In this document: positions 33,375 through 44,404 of the stretch, piece after piece
Layout of the letters: every line of letters begins with the position of its first letter
How positions within the stretch are numbered: position 1 is the stretch's first letter
From: Actinomycetales bacterium
Lineage (GTDB): Bacteria > Actinomycetota > Actinomycetes > Actinomycetales > Micrococcaceae
Direction of reading: 5' to 3'
Assembly (NCBI GenBank): GCA_038242035.1
Contig: JBBSSN010000001.1
Coordinates: forward strand, 1 to 60,930
DNA length: 60,930 bases
The notes under the pieces: generated by a model
Told to the model about the DNA's origin: nothing
The model's input: the letters and a program-made list of their open reading frames with translations, nothing else
The model's database searches: none
Translations under genes and position numbers: made by a program

Positions 33375-34804
33375 AACTGCGCGTTCTGGGCGTCCTGAGC
33401 CTGCTGTGCGTACTCATGGTCGTCATCGTCTCCAACGCAATCTTGACGTCCGCCAGCCGGGAACTCACGCAGGAGCTCCAGATCAACCGCGTTGTCGCGC
33501 TCAACCGGTTCGCGCAGGTGGCCTACGACACTGCCCAGGACGGTGATTCCGGCCAGCTTCAGCGCGAGATGGATCGGTACTCGGCCCTATACGGGGAGGG
33601 AGTTCTGATCCGGCTCCAGCAGGCTACCTTACGTTCCGGCGGCCTGAACGAGGAACGGGCGGACGTCCGGAACGCAGTAAACAGGGCGAACCTAAACCTC
33701 AGCGACACCACGCTCGCGCCGCTTGAGCCGTTTGGAACCGGCACGGTGGTTGTCTCCCGGTCCTTCGGAAGCGCCAACCAAGTCCTTGGCGAGGCCGTCC
33801 TGGAAGTCAACCTGGACGCGGCCCGGCAGAAACTGCGGGAACAGTGGTTTGTCGTCGGTCTTGCGGCGCTCGCACTCGGCGCTTTACTCCTGCTGAGCGC
33901 CGAACGCGTCACCAGATGGGTGTTGCGCCCCGTTCAGCGCCTTAATTCGGCGGTGACCGAACTCGAGACAAAGGGCAGGACCGGTCAGCTGCCGGAGGAC
34001 GGGCCGCCGGAGCTCCGGGAGTTGAGCCGCTCCTTCAGCACCATGGCGCGGACCGTTAGCAAAAGCATCGATTCCCAACGCCAGCTGATCGCAGATACGT
34101 CCCACCAGTTACGCAATCCAGTGGGCGCACTGCGGTTGAGAATCGATTTACTTCAGCTGACCCTGCAGGCCACCGGGGAACAGGCCGCGGCAGCGGAGGT
34201 ACTGACCGAACTTGAACGTGTGGAAGAGATCCTGGACGGCGTGCTAAAGCTGGCGGCAGCCGAGCACCGGGCCGTCGAGGATTTTGCCCGAGGCGCACTT
34301 GACTCCGATTCCCGCGCGAATGAGGTCCTGATCGATCCTTTCCCTGTGCTTCAGGAGGAAATCGAACGGGCCGGACCTGCCGCGCTGCGGGCCGGGGTCT
34401 CGATCGTGCTGGGAAGGAAGCCCGATCCACCGCTGCAACTGGCCTGCAGCGACGGTGAACTTGCCCATATGGTTGGCGAGCTTCTCACCAACGCCATTAA
34501 GTACGCCCCCAGCGCCCACATCTCAGTTGCCATTCACGGCACCGCGGGTGCGGTGACACTGACGATCGAGGACGACGGTCCCGGACTTTCAGCGCTCGAA
34601 AGGGCCGCGGCCACTACGAGGTTCTGGCGGTCCCCACAGCATCGACAGATTCGAGGCAACGGCCTGGGCATGACCATCGTAGACAAGCTTGCAGGGGCCA
34701 ACGGCGCCCGCCTCCTGCTGACCGGCGTGTCACCGCACGGTCTGCGCGCCCGGATCGAGTTTCCCCGTCCCGCAATCCCTGCGCATCAGGATTCCGACGC
34801 ATGA
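33371..34804 (+). CDS. Sensor histidine kinase (2 TM, HAMP, HisKA, HATPase)
   Basis: H-box DTSHQLRNP, N-box NAIKY, DDGPG, GNGLG. Confidence 0.94.
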   Translation: MKLRVLGVLSLLCVLMVVIVSNAILTSASRELTQELQINRVVALNRFAQVAYDTAQDGDSGQLQREMDRYSALYGEGVLIRLQQATLRSGGLNEERADVRNAVNRANLNLSDTTLAPLEPFGTGTVVVSRSFGSANQVLGEAVLEVNLDAARQKLREQWFVVGLAALALGALLLLSAERVTRWVLRPVQRLNSAVTELETKGRTGQLPEDGPPELRELSRSFSTMARTVSKSIDSQRQLIADTSHQLRNPVGALRLRIDLLQLTLQATGEQAAAAEVLTELERVEEILDGVLKLAAAEHRAVEDFARGALDSDSRANEVLIDPFPVLQEEIERAGPAALRAGVSIVLGRKPDPPLQLACSDGELAHMVGELLTNAIKYAPSAHISVAIHGTAGAVTLTIEDDGPGLSALERAAATTRFWRSPQHRQIRGNGLGMTIVDKLAGANGARLLLTGVSPHGLRARIEFPRPAIPAHQDSDA

Positions 34805-35871
34805 CTGACGTGACTGCAGCCCGGGCCCTTCTCCCGCGAAGGACCGCACTCAAAGCCGCGTTGGCCGCGGGGCTGGGCGGCGTCCTTCTGCCGGTTCTCA
34901 CTGCCTGCACTGCGGCTGACCGGCCCGGCGCGGTCACTGTGGCAGGCGGCGAGCCGGGAGGTTTCTACCTTGAGTTTTCGACGCTGCTTGCCCAGTCTTT
35001 ACAGCGTCATGGCGTGGCCGGCAAGGCCTCGGCGCTGAAAACCGGTGGCAGCCTGGACAATCTGGAGTATCTTTTAGCGGGCAGGGCCACCTTTGCCGTC
35101 GCGTTGGCAGACGCAGCCGCTCAACGGCTCGCCGTGGCCAACGCCTCCACGATGGAATTTGCTGCCTTGGGAAAGGTGTACGAAAACTACGTCCACTGCG
35201 TCGTTCGGAAAAACAGCGGCATCCGGGACTTCACCGAACTTGCGGGCAGGAAGGTGGCTATCGGCGAGCCGGGTTCCGGCACGTCACTGACCACCGCGCG
35301 CCTCATCGAAGCTGCCGGGCTCAGCGCCTCCTCTGTCGGTGACGTCACCGACACTACGAACACCGACACGACGAACACCGGCACTACGAATACAGAGAAC
35401 GCGAATACCGAGATGACGGTCACGGTGCTGAACCTCGGGCTTAACGACGGACTAGACGCGCTGGGGAGCGGGTCGGTGGATGCGTTGTTCTGGTCCGGGG
35501 GCGTGCCCACGGCTGCCATCGCGGCCTCCAACGAGGAAATCGAACTCGGATTTCTTGACCTCTCGGCATTGATTCCGGCAATGCGGACGCGTTACGGCGC
35601 TTTCTACGATCGGGTGCTGATCCCTGAGGGCAGTTACGAAGGTACGCCGGCGGTGTGGACCGTGGGCGTCGCAAACCTGCTCCTGTGCCAAAACGGTCTG
35701 GATGACGGCACGGTGAAGAGGACAGTAGACCTGCTGGTGGACCATGCCCAGGAACTCATCCCGCGATCCAGCCTGGGGGTCCAGTTCCTGAGTCCGGAAT
35801 CGCTCGTCAATACGGCAGGACTGCCGCTGCATCCTGCGGCCCAAGCGGCATACAGGGCCCTGCATGGCTAA
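34801..35871 (+). CDS. TAXI-family TRAP solute-binding (lipo)protein
   Basis: RRTAL...LTAC Tat/lipobox-like signal; GEPGGFY, TGGSLDNL, GEPGSGT, DALFWSGGVP, PLHPAA; ATGA overlap with kinase. Confidence 0.9.
   Translation: MTDVTAARALLPRRTALKAALAAGLGGVLLPVLTACTAADRPGAVTVAGGEPGGFYLEFSTLLAQSLQRHGVAGKASALKTGGSLDNLEYLLAGRATFAVALADAAAQRLAVANASTMEFAALGKVYENYVHCVVRKNSGIRDFTELAGRKVAIGEPGSGTSLTTARLIEAAGLSASSVGDVTDTTNTDTTNTGTTNTENANTEMTVTVLNLGLNDGLDALGSGSVDALFWSGGVPTAAIAASNEEIELGFLDLSALIPAMRTRYGAFYDRVLIPEGSYEGTPAVWTVGVANLLLCQNGLDDGTVKRTVDLLVDHAQELIPRSSLGVQFLSPESLVNTAGLPLHPAAQAAYRALHG
35346..35412. repeat. 15-bp coding tandem repeat (TDTTN)n in TAXI gene
   Basis: CACCGACACTACGAA / CACCGACACGACGAA / CACCGGCACTACGAA / TACAGAGAACGCGAA. 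Confidence 0.85.
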
Positions 35872-35953
35872 GGCATACGGCCAAGGAATACCCCGGACTC
35901 ACGGCGCTTCAGCGATGAGGCCCTGACGGCACGCAGCCGGGCTCTTCACTACT

Positions 35954-35992
35954 GTGTGGGAATCAACAACAGTGCGGGAATCAACAACAGTG
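35954..35992. repeat. 2 x 18-bp tandem repeat
   Basis: GTGTGGGAATCAACAACA / GTGCGGGAATCAACAACA then GTG. Confidence 0.85.
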
Positions 35993-36097
35993 GAGGACAT
36001 ACGGGTTGAACGTATCGCGGGCACCCCGGTGGTGCATCCCCCTCGACTCGGAGCGCCGGATGAATCGGCGCGCGCCAAGCTGACGTTTTTACTCTAA
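35990..36097 (+). CDS. Candidate 35-aa small ORF upstream of mshD (not in ORF track)
   Basis: GTG...TAA: MEDIRVERIAGTPVVHPPRLGAPDESARAKLTFLL; TACTGT -10-like hexamer at 35950; no strong SD. Confidence 0.35.
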   Translation: MEDIRVERIAGTPVVHPPRLGAPDESARAKLTFLL

Positions 36098-36178
36098 ATC
36101 AGTTCCGCCGCAATTCACAAACGCTGACTTCTTCCATAGCAGGCAGCCGGGCGGTATTGCGGGCATTAGGCTTTGTCC

Positions 36179-37171
36179 ATGAGCGAGAGAAAGACGGCCA
36201 GCTGGCCAGTCCGGACCATCAGCGGGCGCCCGGAACCAGAAGCACTGCGCGACATCAGGACTTTGGTGGCCGCGGCCTTCGGTTCCGACGGCAACCCTCC
36301 CCTGTCCGAGCAGACCCTCGTGGACCTTGCGTCGCCGGACGCTGACGCCGATTCCCTGCTGCTGTTGTTGACCTACGCGCCGGAGGGAAAGTCGGATCTT
36401 GCCACCGGCGACGATCTGGCCGGCTTGGCCGTGGTAGTACTGGACGGCCATACCGGAGTGCTGGAGATTGTGGTGCATCCCAGCTACCGCAATCAAGGCG
36501 TCGGCGCCCTCTTGGTGGACACGCTAAAAGCCGGTCGAGGGCTTTCCGGGCTCAAGGCCTGGTCGCACGGGGATCACGAGGCAGCCGCGGATCTGGCCGC
36601 CCGGTACGGTTGGGCCGCGGTGCGTGAACTGTGGCGGATGCGCCTGACCCGCGCACGGGCCGAACAGCAGCCGATCCCACAATCAGCCCTGCCCGCAGGC
36701 ATTTCACTGCGGTCTTTCATTCCCGGCCAGGACGAGATTCCCTGGCTGAAGGCGAATGCGGCAGCGTTTGCCCACCACCCCGAGCAGGGGGACATGACGC
36801 TTGCCGATCTACGGGCGCGGATGGCCGAAGGATGGTTTGACCCGGCCGGTTTCCTTCTGGCCACTAATGCGGCAGGAGAAATCCTCGGCTTTCATTGGAC
36901 CAAGGTGCATCCGCAATCCGGCCAGCTCCCGGCCATCGGGGAGGTCTACGTCGTCGGCGTCACGCCGCAGGCCCAAGGTTCCGGCCTGGGCCGGGCACTG
37001 ACGCTGGCCGGTATCTCTCATCTGCAAAGCCGCGGGCTGAACGCGATCATGCTTTATGTGGATGCGGATAACCAGGCTGCCGTGGGGCTCTACCGCAGCC
37101 TGGGATTCACGCGGTGGGACGCCGACGTCATGTACGGTCCCCAACCCGACGCCGTCGAAAACAGCGACTAA
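36179..37171 (+). CDS. mshD: Mycothiol synthase (tandem GNAT)
   Basis: DGNPPLSEQ, AWSHG, AFAHHPEQG, GFHWTKVH, GEVYVVGV, LYVDADN; TAGGCT -10 6 nt before ATG. Confidence 0.95.
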   Translation: MSERKTASWPVRTISGRPEPEALRDIRTLVAAAFGSDGNPPLSEQTLVDLASPDADADSLLLLLTYAPEGKSDLATGDDLAGLAVVVLDGHTGVLEIVVHPSYRNQGVGALLVDTLKAGRGLSGLKAWSHGDHEAAADLAARYGWAAVRELWRMRLTRARAEQQPIPQSALPAGISLRSFIPGQDEIPWLKANAAAFAHHPEQGDMTLADLRARMAEGWFDPAGFLLATNAAGEILGFHWTKVHPQSGQLPAIGEVYVVGVTPQAQGSGLGRALTLAGISHLQSRGLNAIMLYVDADNQAAVGLYRSLGFTRWDADVMYGPQPDAVENSD

Positions 37172-37216
37172 CTTATAGTGGTGCAGGAGAAAGAATCAAG
37201 CTTTAGGGGAGAAATA

Positions 37217-39460
37217 ATGAAACCGGACACGGCTGGAGCGCTGAACACGGCGGCCATTTTGCTCCCCGAGCGCTTTGGTTCTTCCGAGGTGCAGGCGGCC
37301 CGGGCAACGGAGGACCGGATTGACATCCCCGAATTCGCCCCGAGCCTGATCCCCGACGGGGATGTTACACCGGAGCGTTTCCTGGACCGTGAGTTAAGCT
37401 GGCTCGCCTTCAACGCCCGCGTCCTGGAGCTCGCGGAGGATCCGGACCTGCACCTGCTGGAGCGCGTCAACTTCCTGTCCATCTTCGCGTCCAATCTGGA
37501 CGAATTCTTCATGGTGCGAGTCGCCGGGCTTAAGCGGCGGATTGCGGCCGGACTCGCCGTCCCCTCGCCGGCGGGCCTGAGCCCGATCGAGGTCCTGGAA
37601 CAGATCAGCGACGCCGCGCATGAGCTCCATGTCCGCCATGCGCATGTCTTTGCCGATCAGATCCGGCCCGCCCTGGCTGCCGAAAGCATCCATTTGGTCC
37701 ACTGGGCCGAGCTTGACGACGGCGCCAAGGCCCGCTTGAGCACCATGTTCGCGGAAAAGGTCTTCCCCATCCTGACGCCACTGGCTGTGGATCCGGCCCA
37801 TCCGTTCCCTTACATCTCCGGCCTGTCGTTGAATCTGGCTTTAGTGGTACGTAACCCGGTCAGTGACAAGGAGCTTTTTGCCCGGCTCAAGGTGCCGGAC
37901 CAGCTCCCGCGCCTCATTTCCGTGGACGGACCTCGAGCAGGGACGGTCCCGGGGCGGGTGGCACGGTTCATCCCGCTCGAAGAGGTCATTTCCGAACATC
38001 TTGACCAACTCTTCCCGGGCATGGAGGTGCTCGAACACCACACTTTCCGGGTCACACGCAACGAGGACCTTGAGGTTGAAGAGGACGACGCGGAAAACCT
38101 ATTGCAGGCGCTGGAGAAGGAACTGCTGCGCCGCCGCTTCGGGCCGCCGGTCCGCCTGGAAGTTGCTACGGACATCAATCCCAATGTCCAGGCGCTGCTG
38201 GTGCGCGAGCTCGACGTTGAGGAATCGGAGGTCTATGCACTTCCGGCCCCGCTGGACCTGCGTGGACTCTCCGTGATCGGCGGTATTGACCGCTCCGATC
38301 TGCGCTACCCCAAAAACGTGGCGCACACTTCCCGTTACCTTAATGAATCCGAAACGGCCAAGGCGGCGAATGTCTTTGCTGCCATGCGCCGGCGGGACAT
38401 TCTGCTGCATCATCCCTACGATTCCTTCTCCACCTCCGTGCAGGCATTTTTGGAACAGGCGGCCGCGGACCCCAAGGTCCAGGCCATCAAGCAGACCCTG
38501 TACCGTACCTCCGGGGACTCCCCCATCGTCGATGCCCTGGTGGACGCGGCGGAGGCCGGAAAACAGGTCCTGGCGCTGGTGGAAATCAAGGCGCGCTTTG
38601 ACGAGCAGGCCAACATTTCCTGGGCGCGCAAACTCGAACAGGCCGGCGTCCATGTGGTGTATGGAATCGTGGGCCTGAAAACCCACTGCAAGCTATCTCT
38701 GGTGGTACGTCAGGAACTCGACGGATTGCGGCGGTACTGCCATATTGGCACCGGTAACTACCACCCGCGCACCGCCCGCTACTATGAGGACCTGGGTCTG
38801 CTGACGGCGGACAACCAGGTGGGCGAAGATCTGACAAAGCTCTTCAACCAGCTCTCCGGCTATGCGCCGAAATCCACGTTCAAGCGTCTGCTGGTGGCAC
38901 CACGATCCGTGCGGTCGGGCCTGATCGACAGGATCGAACGCGAAATCACCAATAAAAAAGCCGGACTGCCCGCCAAGGTGCAGATCAAGGTGAATTCAAT
39001 AGTGGACGAGGCCATTATCGATTCACTGTACCGGGCTTCACAGGCCGGCGTTCAGGTGGACGTCATCGTCCGCGGCATCTGTTCGTTGCGCCCGGGGGTT
39101 CCGGGGCTCAGTGAGAACATCACCGTGCGCTCCATTCTGGGCCGGTTCCTGGAACATTCCCGTGTGTTCACCTTCGCCAACGCCGGGGACCCCGTGGTCT
39201 ATATCGGCTCGGCAGACATGATGCACCGCAATCTGGACCGCCGGGTGGAGGCACTTGTCCAGCTGCGCAACCCCGAAGACATCAATTATGTCCTCACGCT
39301 GCTGGACCGCTACGTGGATTCCGAAACGTCCAGTTGGCACCTGGACAACGAGGGACTGTGGACCCGTTTCCATCTGGACGAATCCGGCCGGCCGCTCTCC
39401 GATGTGCAGGCCTGGCTGTTGGCCAGCAGGTCACGCCAGCGATCCGCCAGCCGACGCTGA
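37217..39460 (+). CDS. ppk1: Polyphosphate kinase 1
   Basis: [58 protein letters not shown]; GGAGA SD before ATG 37217. Confidence 0.97.
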   Translation: MKPDTAGALNTAAILLPERFGSSEVQAARATEDRIDIPEFAPSLIPDGDVTPERFLDRELSWLAFNARVLELAEDPDLHLLERVNFLSIFASNLDEFFMVRVAGLKRRIAAGLAVPSPAGLSPIEVLEQISDAAHELHVRHAHVFADQIRPALAAESIHLVHWAELDDGAKARLSTMFAEKVFPILTPLAVDPAHPFPYISGLSLNLALVVRNPVSDKELFARLKVPDQLPRLISVDGPRAGTVPGRVARFIPLEEVISEHLDQLFPGMEVLEHHTFRVTRNEDLEVEEDDAENLLQALEKELLRRRFGPPVRLEVATDINPNVQALLVRELDVEESEVYALPAPLDLRGLSVIGGIDRSDLRYPKNVAHTSRYLNESETAKAANVFAAMRRRDILLHHPYDSFSTSVQAFLEQAAADPKVQAIKQTLYRTSGDSPIVDALVDAAEAGKQVLALVEIKARFDEQANISWARKLEQAGVHVVYGIVGLKTHCKLSLVVRQELDGLRRYCHIGTGNYHPRTARYYEDLGLLTADNQVGEDLTKLFNQLSGYAPKSTFKRLLVAPRSVRSGLIDRIEREITNKKAGLPAKVQIKVNSIVDEAIIDSLYRASQAGVQVDVIVRGICSLRPGVPGLSENITVRSILGRFLEHSRVFTFANAGDPVVYIGSADMMHRNLDRRVEALVQLRNPEDINYVLTLLDRYVDSETSSWHLDNEGLWTRFHLDESGRPLSDVQAWLLASRSRQRSASRR

Positions 39461-39461
39461 C

Positions 39462-40472
39462 ATGATGAAGAACCGCAATTCGAACGCCAGCGGCGCTACC
39501 GCGGGCGGCATCACCGCGGGCGACGGCGGCGCTCCAACAGGCGGCAACCAGGAGTTTGCGGTCCGGGCGGCCGGCGCCATCTGCTGGCGGCTGCAAAAGC
39601 AGCACCTCGAAGTGCTGCTGATCCACCGGCCACGCTACGACGACTGGTCGTGGCCGAAGGGAAAGCTCGACGACGGCGAAACGATGCCCGAATGTGCTGT
39701 GCGCGAAGTCTGCGAGGAGGTGGGCCTGCGTATCCGGCTCGGCATACCACTGCCGGCCGCCGTTTACCGGGTTAATTCCGGCCTCAAGGAAGTGCGGTAC
39801 TGGGCCAGCCACGTCCCCGACGCGGACCCCGCACCGGATGGCAACGAAGTGGACAGCTTCCTCTGGTGTTCTCCGCAGCGCGCCAAGGAACTGCTGACCA
39901 ACCCCACGGACATAGCTCCTCTCGAAGCCCTGGTCCGCGCACATGACCGGGCCGAGCTGGAAACCTGGCCGTTGCTGGTGGTGCGCCATGCCAAGGCGAA
40001 ACCCCGCTCGGCCTGGACACTCGCCGAAGGGGACCGTCCGTTGGCCGCGACGGGAGTACGGCAGGCGCTGGCCTTGAGCCGACTGCTCATGGCCTGGCGG
40101 CCGAACAAGGTGGCGACCAGCCCATGGCTGCGGTGCGTGGCCACGATGTCCCCCTACGTCAAGGCGACCAACGCCAAGGTAAAGGTCTTTGCGTCCCTGA
40201 CCGAAGCCAAACATGCGCGCCAGCCGGACAAGACGGCCGCCGTCGTCGACCGTCTCTTTGACAAGGCGCGGCCGGTGGTCCTCTGCACCCACCGGCCGGC
40301 CTTGCCCACCGTCCTGGCACAGTTGGCCGGCCACATGCCCACCGGGCTGGCGGCTGCCCTGCCGGCGTCGGACCCGTTTTTGGCACCCGGCGAGGTCATC
40401 ATCTGCCAGGTCAGCGGCAGGGAACAGCCGCGCGTTGTTTCCGTGGAGCGGTACAAGCCGTTCGAGGACTAG
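39462..40472 (+). CDS. mutT1: NUDIX hydrolase plus histidine-phosphatase domain (MutT1-like)
   Basis: HRPRYDDWSWPKGK..GE..AVREVCEEVG Nudix box; RHAKA, RPL, SPWLRC; directly follows ppk1. Confidence 0.88.
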   Translation: MMKNRNSNASGATAGGITAGDGGAPTGGNQEFAVRAAGAICWRLQKQHLEVLLIHRPRYDDWSWPKGKLDDGETMPECAVREVCEEVGLRIRLGIPLPAAVYRVNSGLKEVRYWASHVPDADPAPDGNEVDSFLWCSPQRAKELLTNPTDIAPLEALVRAHDRAELETWPLLVVRHAKAKPRSAWTLAEGDRPLAATGVRQALALSRLLMAWRPNKVATSPWLRCVATMSPYVKATNAKVKVFASLTEAKHARQPDKTAAVVDRLFDKARPVVLCTHRPALPTVLAQLAGHMPTGLAAALPASDPFLAPGEVIICQVSGREQPRVVSVERYKPFED

Positions 40473-40546
40473 CCATTTTCCGGATCTGAACTGCCGCTGA
40501 CGGGGAGAATCGCGCAACGGTCCATGCGGGCACCTCGGATGCCCGC

Positions 40547-41362
40547 ATGGACGTTCAACAGCAAGGGGAAGTTGTGGAGCAGAGCGAAATCACCAGGCGC
40601 GGGCCGGCGTTTGGCTGGTACATTGCCGGCTTCGGCATTCTGCTGGCCGTGCTGATCTACGGCATGGCCATCTATCCCGACATCCCGGCCCGTTTCGCCA
40701 CCCATTGGGGCGGGAACGGTAAACCGAACGGCTACATGGACAAATCCGTCGGCTCGGTCTTTTTCGCCGTCTTCTTCGGTGCGGGCATGCTGGCGCTTCT
40801 GCTGGCGACCGGCTGGGGCATTAGCAGGGCACCGTTAAAAAGCCGCTACGGCTTTACCCCCGAGCAGGCACACCGGCAAGGCGTGGCCCAGCTGAAGGCC
40901 AGCCAGCTTCTGCTGGGTATTATCGCCTGCAGTCTGAGTGCGGCTTTCGCGGTGGCGGCCGTGATGACGTGGTCCTCCGGAGTCGGCTCCACGTCCTACA
41001 TTCCGGGCTATCTGCCGCTCATCGCCTTTTTCCTTCCATCGATTCTTGGCGGCTGGTATTGCTGGCGCAGCTACCGGCGCGACGTTGCCGGACCCGCGCA
41101 GGGCGGGGACGGGCCAACAGGCGGGCACACCGGCGCAGAGCGACAAACCCACCCGCAGCACCCGGACGATGACTCGCTGTGGATGGCCGGCCTGATCTAC
41201 AACAATCCCGACGATCCGTCCCTGCTGGTCCCCAAACGCGCCGGCATCGGCTGGACCATCAATTGGGGCCGTCCGGCCGGGAAGGCCATTACGCTGGCGA
41301 TGCTCCTGCTCATCCTCGCCGGGGTGGTCACCGCCGTCGTCGTCGCCAGTACATCCGGCTAG
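40547..41362 (+). CDS. DUF1648/DUF5808-type membrane protein
   Basis: [17 protein letters not shown] (DUF1648-like); [31 protein letters not shown] (DUF5808-like). Confidence 0.8.
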   Translation: MDVQQQGEVVEQSEITRRGPAFGWYIAGFGILLAVLIYGMAIYPDIPARFATHWGGNGKPNGYMDKSVGSVFFAVFFGAGMLALLLATGWGISRAPLKSRYGFTPEQAHRQGVAQLKASQLLLGIIACSLSAAFAVAAVMTWSSGVGSTSYIPGYLPLIAFFLPSILGGWYCWRSYRRDVAGPAQGGDGPTGGHTGAERQTHPQHPDDDSLWMAGLIYNNPDDPSLLVPKRAGIGWTINWGRPAGKAITLAMLLLILAGVVTAVVVASTSG

Positions 41363-41372
41363 ACTAACGCAC

Positions 41373-42203
41373 GTGAGAATTCCTTCCCCGTATGAAGACC
41401 TGCTGCGTGATGTGATGGCAAACGGCGCCGCCAAACCGGACCGCACCGGCACCGGCACGCGCAGCGTTTTCGGCCGCCAGCTGCGCTTCGATCTGAGCGA
41501 AGGCTTCCCGCTGATCACCACCAAGCGCGTGCACTTCAAGTCCGTCGCCCTGGAGCTGCTGTGGTTCCTGCGCGGCGATTCCAACGTCAAGTGGCTGCAG
41601 GAGCGCGGCGTTAAGATCTGGAACGAATGGGCGGACGACGACGGCGAGCTGGGGCCGGTGTACGGCGTCCAATGGCGCTCCTGGCCCACCCCGGACGGCG
41701 GCCACATCGATCAGATCGCCGAGCTGGTCGAGGGGTTGAAGAGCAATCCCGATTCCCGCCGGCACATCGTCAGCGCCTGGAATGTCGCCGAGCTGAAGAA
41801 TATGGCACTTCCACCGTGCCATGCCTTTTTTCAGTTTTATGTCCAGCCGCACCCGGACGGCCCCGAGGCAGGCCCGGGAAAGCTGAGCTGCCAGCTCTAT
41901 CAGCGCAGCGCGGATACCTTTTTAGGGGTTCCGTTCAACATTGCCTCCTATGCACTGCTGACTCTGATGGTTGCGCAGCAGACGGGCCTGGAGCCCGGCG
42001 AGTTCATCTGGACCGGGGGCGATGTGCATATCTACAATGACCACGTCGATCAGGTCACCGAGCAGTTGGGCCGTGAGCCGTATCCTTATCCGCAGCTGCG
42101 GATCACGCGCCGTCCGGAGACGATGTTCGATTACGATCTTGAGGATTTTGAGCTGATCAATTACCAGCACCATGCCGCTATCAAGGCTCCGATCGCGGTA
42201 TGA
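41373..42203 (+). CDS. thyA: Thymidylate synthase
   Basis: [29 protein letters not shown]; leaderless GTG after TAGACT. Confidence 0.98.
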   Translation: MRIPSPYEDLLRDVMANGAAKPDRTGTGTRSVFGRQLRFDLSEGFPLITTKRVHFKSVALELLWFLRGDSNVKWLQERGVKIWNEWADDDGELGPVYGVQWRSWPTPDGGHIDQIAELVEGLKSNPDSRRHIVSAWNVAELKNMALPPCHAFFQFYVQPHPDGPEAGPGKLSCQLYQRSADTFLGVPFNIASYALLTLMVAQQTGLEPGEFIWTGGDVHIYNDHVDQVTEQLGREPYPYPQLRITRRPETMFDYDLEDFELINYQHHAAIKAPIAV

Positions 42204-42880
42204 ATCCCGGCCGTTTCCGCACCGGCGGACCCATCCCGGCCGAAGAAACAGCAGGTACCGGGGTCGGTAACACCGGCATTACCGGCAGTACCGGCACCCA
42301 GCCCGAGGCGCTCGAGCTCTACCGCTTCACCGAGCCGATCGTCGGCATGATCTGGGCGCAGACCCGCCAGGGTGTCATCGGCAAGGACGGCGGCATGCCG
42401 TGGCGCGTGCCGGAAGACATGGCGCACTTCAAACGCGTCACCACCGGTCATCCCGTCGTCATGGGGCGGCGCACCTGGGAATCCTTTCCGCCAAAGTTCC
42501 GCCCGCTGCCGGAGCGGACGAACATCGTGATCACCAGGCAGCAGGACTGGGCAGACACGCCGGAAGCCGCGGGCGCCGTCGTCGTCCATTCCCTTGAGGA
42601 CGCTCTGGTGGAGGCGCAGTTCAGTCCCGGCGGCAACGAGGTCTGGATCATCGGCGGCGGCCGGGTGTACGCGCAGGCGCTCGAGCATGCCAACGTCGCG
42701 GCGATTACCGTGATCGATTCCGATACCGGGGGTGATACCGGCGCACCCCAGCTTGGCCCGGAGTGGACCTTCCGCGGTGGGTCGCCGGTGGAGGGCTGGC
42801 ATACCGGGAAAAACGGGACACGGTACCGCTACACACTTTGGGCAAAGGGCAGCTCCGAGTTCACCTCCGAGGACGTCTGA
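42200..42880 (+). CDS. folA: Dihydrofolate reductase with N-terminal extension
   Basis: [43 protein letters not shown]; ATGA overlap with thyA. Confidence 0.95.
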   Translation: MNPGRFRTGGPIPAEETAGTGVGNTGITGSTGTQPEALELYRFTEPIVGMIWAQTRQGVIGKDGGMPWRVPEDMAHFKRVTTGHPVVMGRRTWESFPPKFRPLPERTNIVITRQQDWADTPEAAGAVVVHSLEDALVEAQFSPGGNEVWIIGGGRVYAQALEHANVAAITVIDSDTGGDTGAPQLGPEWTFRGGSPVEGWHTGKNGTRYRYTLWAKGSSEFTSEDV

Positions 42881-43044
42881 GAGCTCTGCGGTAGGCCTTG
42901 ACACCCACGACCTCGGCTGGAAAAGTGCCAGATGGGGCCAACAGATACCCCAGCTGCCACGATTGGCGCACCCCCAGCCATTGCCAGGCTGCCGGATCAC
43001 GTATTTGTGAGCAGGTCGGCACTTCGCTGGGAAGGTGATGGCAG

Positions 43045-44358
43045 ATGTCCCCTTTACCGAATGACCCTGTACCGCATGACCCCGTACCGCATGCCTCGAA
43101 GGGGGCGTCGACGGCCAGGACTCCGAAGGAAGCCTGGACCTCCACCCAGCGAAACACCGTTTTCGCCGGGGTGGGCAGTTGGACGCTGGACGCCTTCGAC
43201 TACTTTGTCCTGGTTTTTGTGCTCACGAACATGGCCAAAGAGTTTGGCATCACCATCGTCGCTGCCACCCTGGCGATCACCGTCACCCTGGTCGTCCGGC
43301 CGATTGGCGCACTGATTTTCGGTCCTCTGGCGGAGAAGTTCGGCCGGAAACCGGTACTGATGATCAACATCGTCATCTTTTCGCTGATCGAAATAGCCAG
43401 TGCACTGGCTCCGGACTTCGGCACTTTCTTTGTGCTCCGGATTGTCTACGGGCTCGCCATGGGCGGCGTATGGGGCGTCGCCTCGGCCCTGACCATGGAG
43501 AGCATCCCACGGCACGCCCGCGGTTTTATTTCCGGTCTTTTTCAGGCCGGTTATCCCCTGGGATACCTGATCGCTGCCGTCGTTTACGGCCTCTTCATCG
43601 ATGTGATTGGCTGGCGCGGGATGTTTGCCCTCGGCGCGGCACCGCTGCTGCTGGCGGTGTACATCTTCTTTAAGGTCGATGAATCCCCGGTCTGGCTGGC
43701 GACCCGCGGGAATACAAGGGCTAAATCCGAATTCAGCTTCTGGGGCGCTGTGCGGGGGAACTGGAAGATTCTGCTGTTCGCCGTGGTGCTGATGGCGGCC
43801 TTCAACTTCTTCAGTCACGGGACGCAGGATCTCTACCCGACCTTCCTGAAGATCCAACACGGCTTTGACGCGGGCACGGTAAGTATCATTGCCATTTGCT
43901 ACAATATTGCCGCTATCTTTGGCGGCCTGCTGGCCGGAACGCTGTCCGAACGCTATGGCCGCAAACGAATCATCATCATTTTTGCGGCCCTGTCCCTGCC
44001 GTGCATCCCGCTGTGGGCCTTTGCCTCCGGTTCGATTTGGCTCGGCGTTGGCGCGTTCCTCATCCAGTTCATGGTCCAGGGTGCGTGGGGCGTCATCCCG
44101 GCTTATCTCAATGAGCTGGTCCCGGAGGGAACGCGGGCCGTGCTGCCGGGGTTCGTCTACCAATTGGGCAATGTCATTGCCGCCGGCAACGCGACCATCC
44201 AAGCGCTGATCGCGTCCGCCACGGGAGGCAATTACGGCCTGGCCATGGCCGTGGTGGCGGGCGCGGTGGCGATTATCATCGTGGTGTTGATGTCCTTCAC
44301 CAAGGAGACGCGCGGCAAGGCATTTACGACGACGGCGACCGGCAGCGCTGCGGCGTGA
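43045..44358 (+). CDS. SHS-family (NanT/JEN1-like) carboxylate:H+ symporter
   Basis: WTLDAFDYF, RPIGALIFG, AMGGVWG, NFFSHGTQDLYPT signature, GAWGVIPAYLNE. Confidence 0.9.
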   Translation: MSPLPNDPVPHDPVPHASKGASTARTPKEAWTSTQRNTVFAGVGSWTLDAFDYFVLVFVLTNMAKEFGITIVAATLAITVTLVVRPIGALIFGPLAEKFGRKPVLMINIVIFSLIEIASALAPDFGTFFVLRIVYGLAMGGVWGVASALTMESIPRHARGFISGLFQAGYPLGYLIAAVVYGLFIDVIGWRGMFALGAAPLLLAVYIFFKVDESPVWLATRGNTRAKSEFSFWGAVRGNWKILLFAVVLMAAFNFFSHGTQDLYPTFLKIQHGFDAGTVSIIAICYNIAAIFGGLLAGTLSERYGRKRIIIIFAALSLPCIPLWAFASGSIWLGVGAFLIQFMVQGAWGVIPAYLNELVPEGTRAVLPGFVYQLGNVIAAGNATIQALIASATGGNYGLAMAVVAGAVAIIIVVLMSFTKETRGKAFTTTATGSAAA

Positions 44359-44404
44359 CGTAATGAAGACGTCGGCCCGCTGTTGGCTCGTCTAAACTTA
44401 AGTC

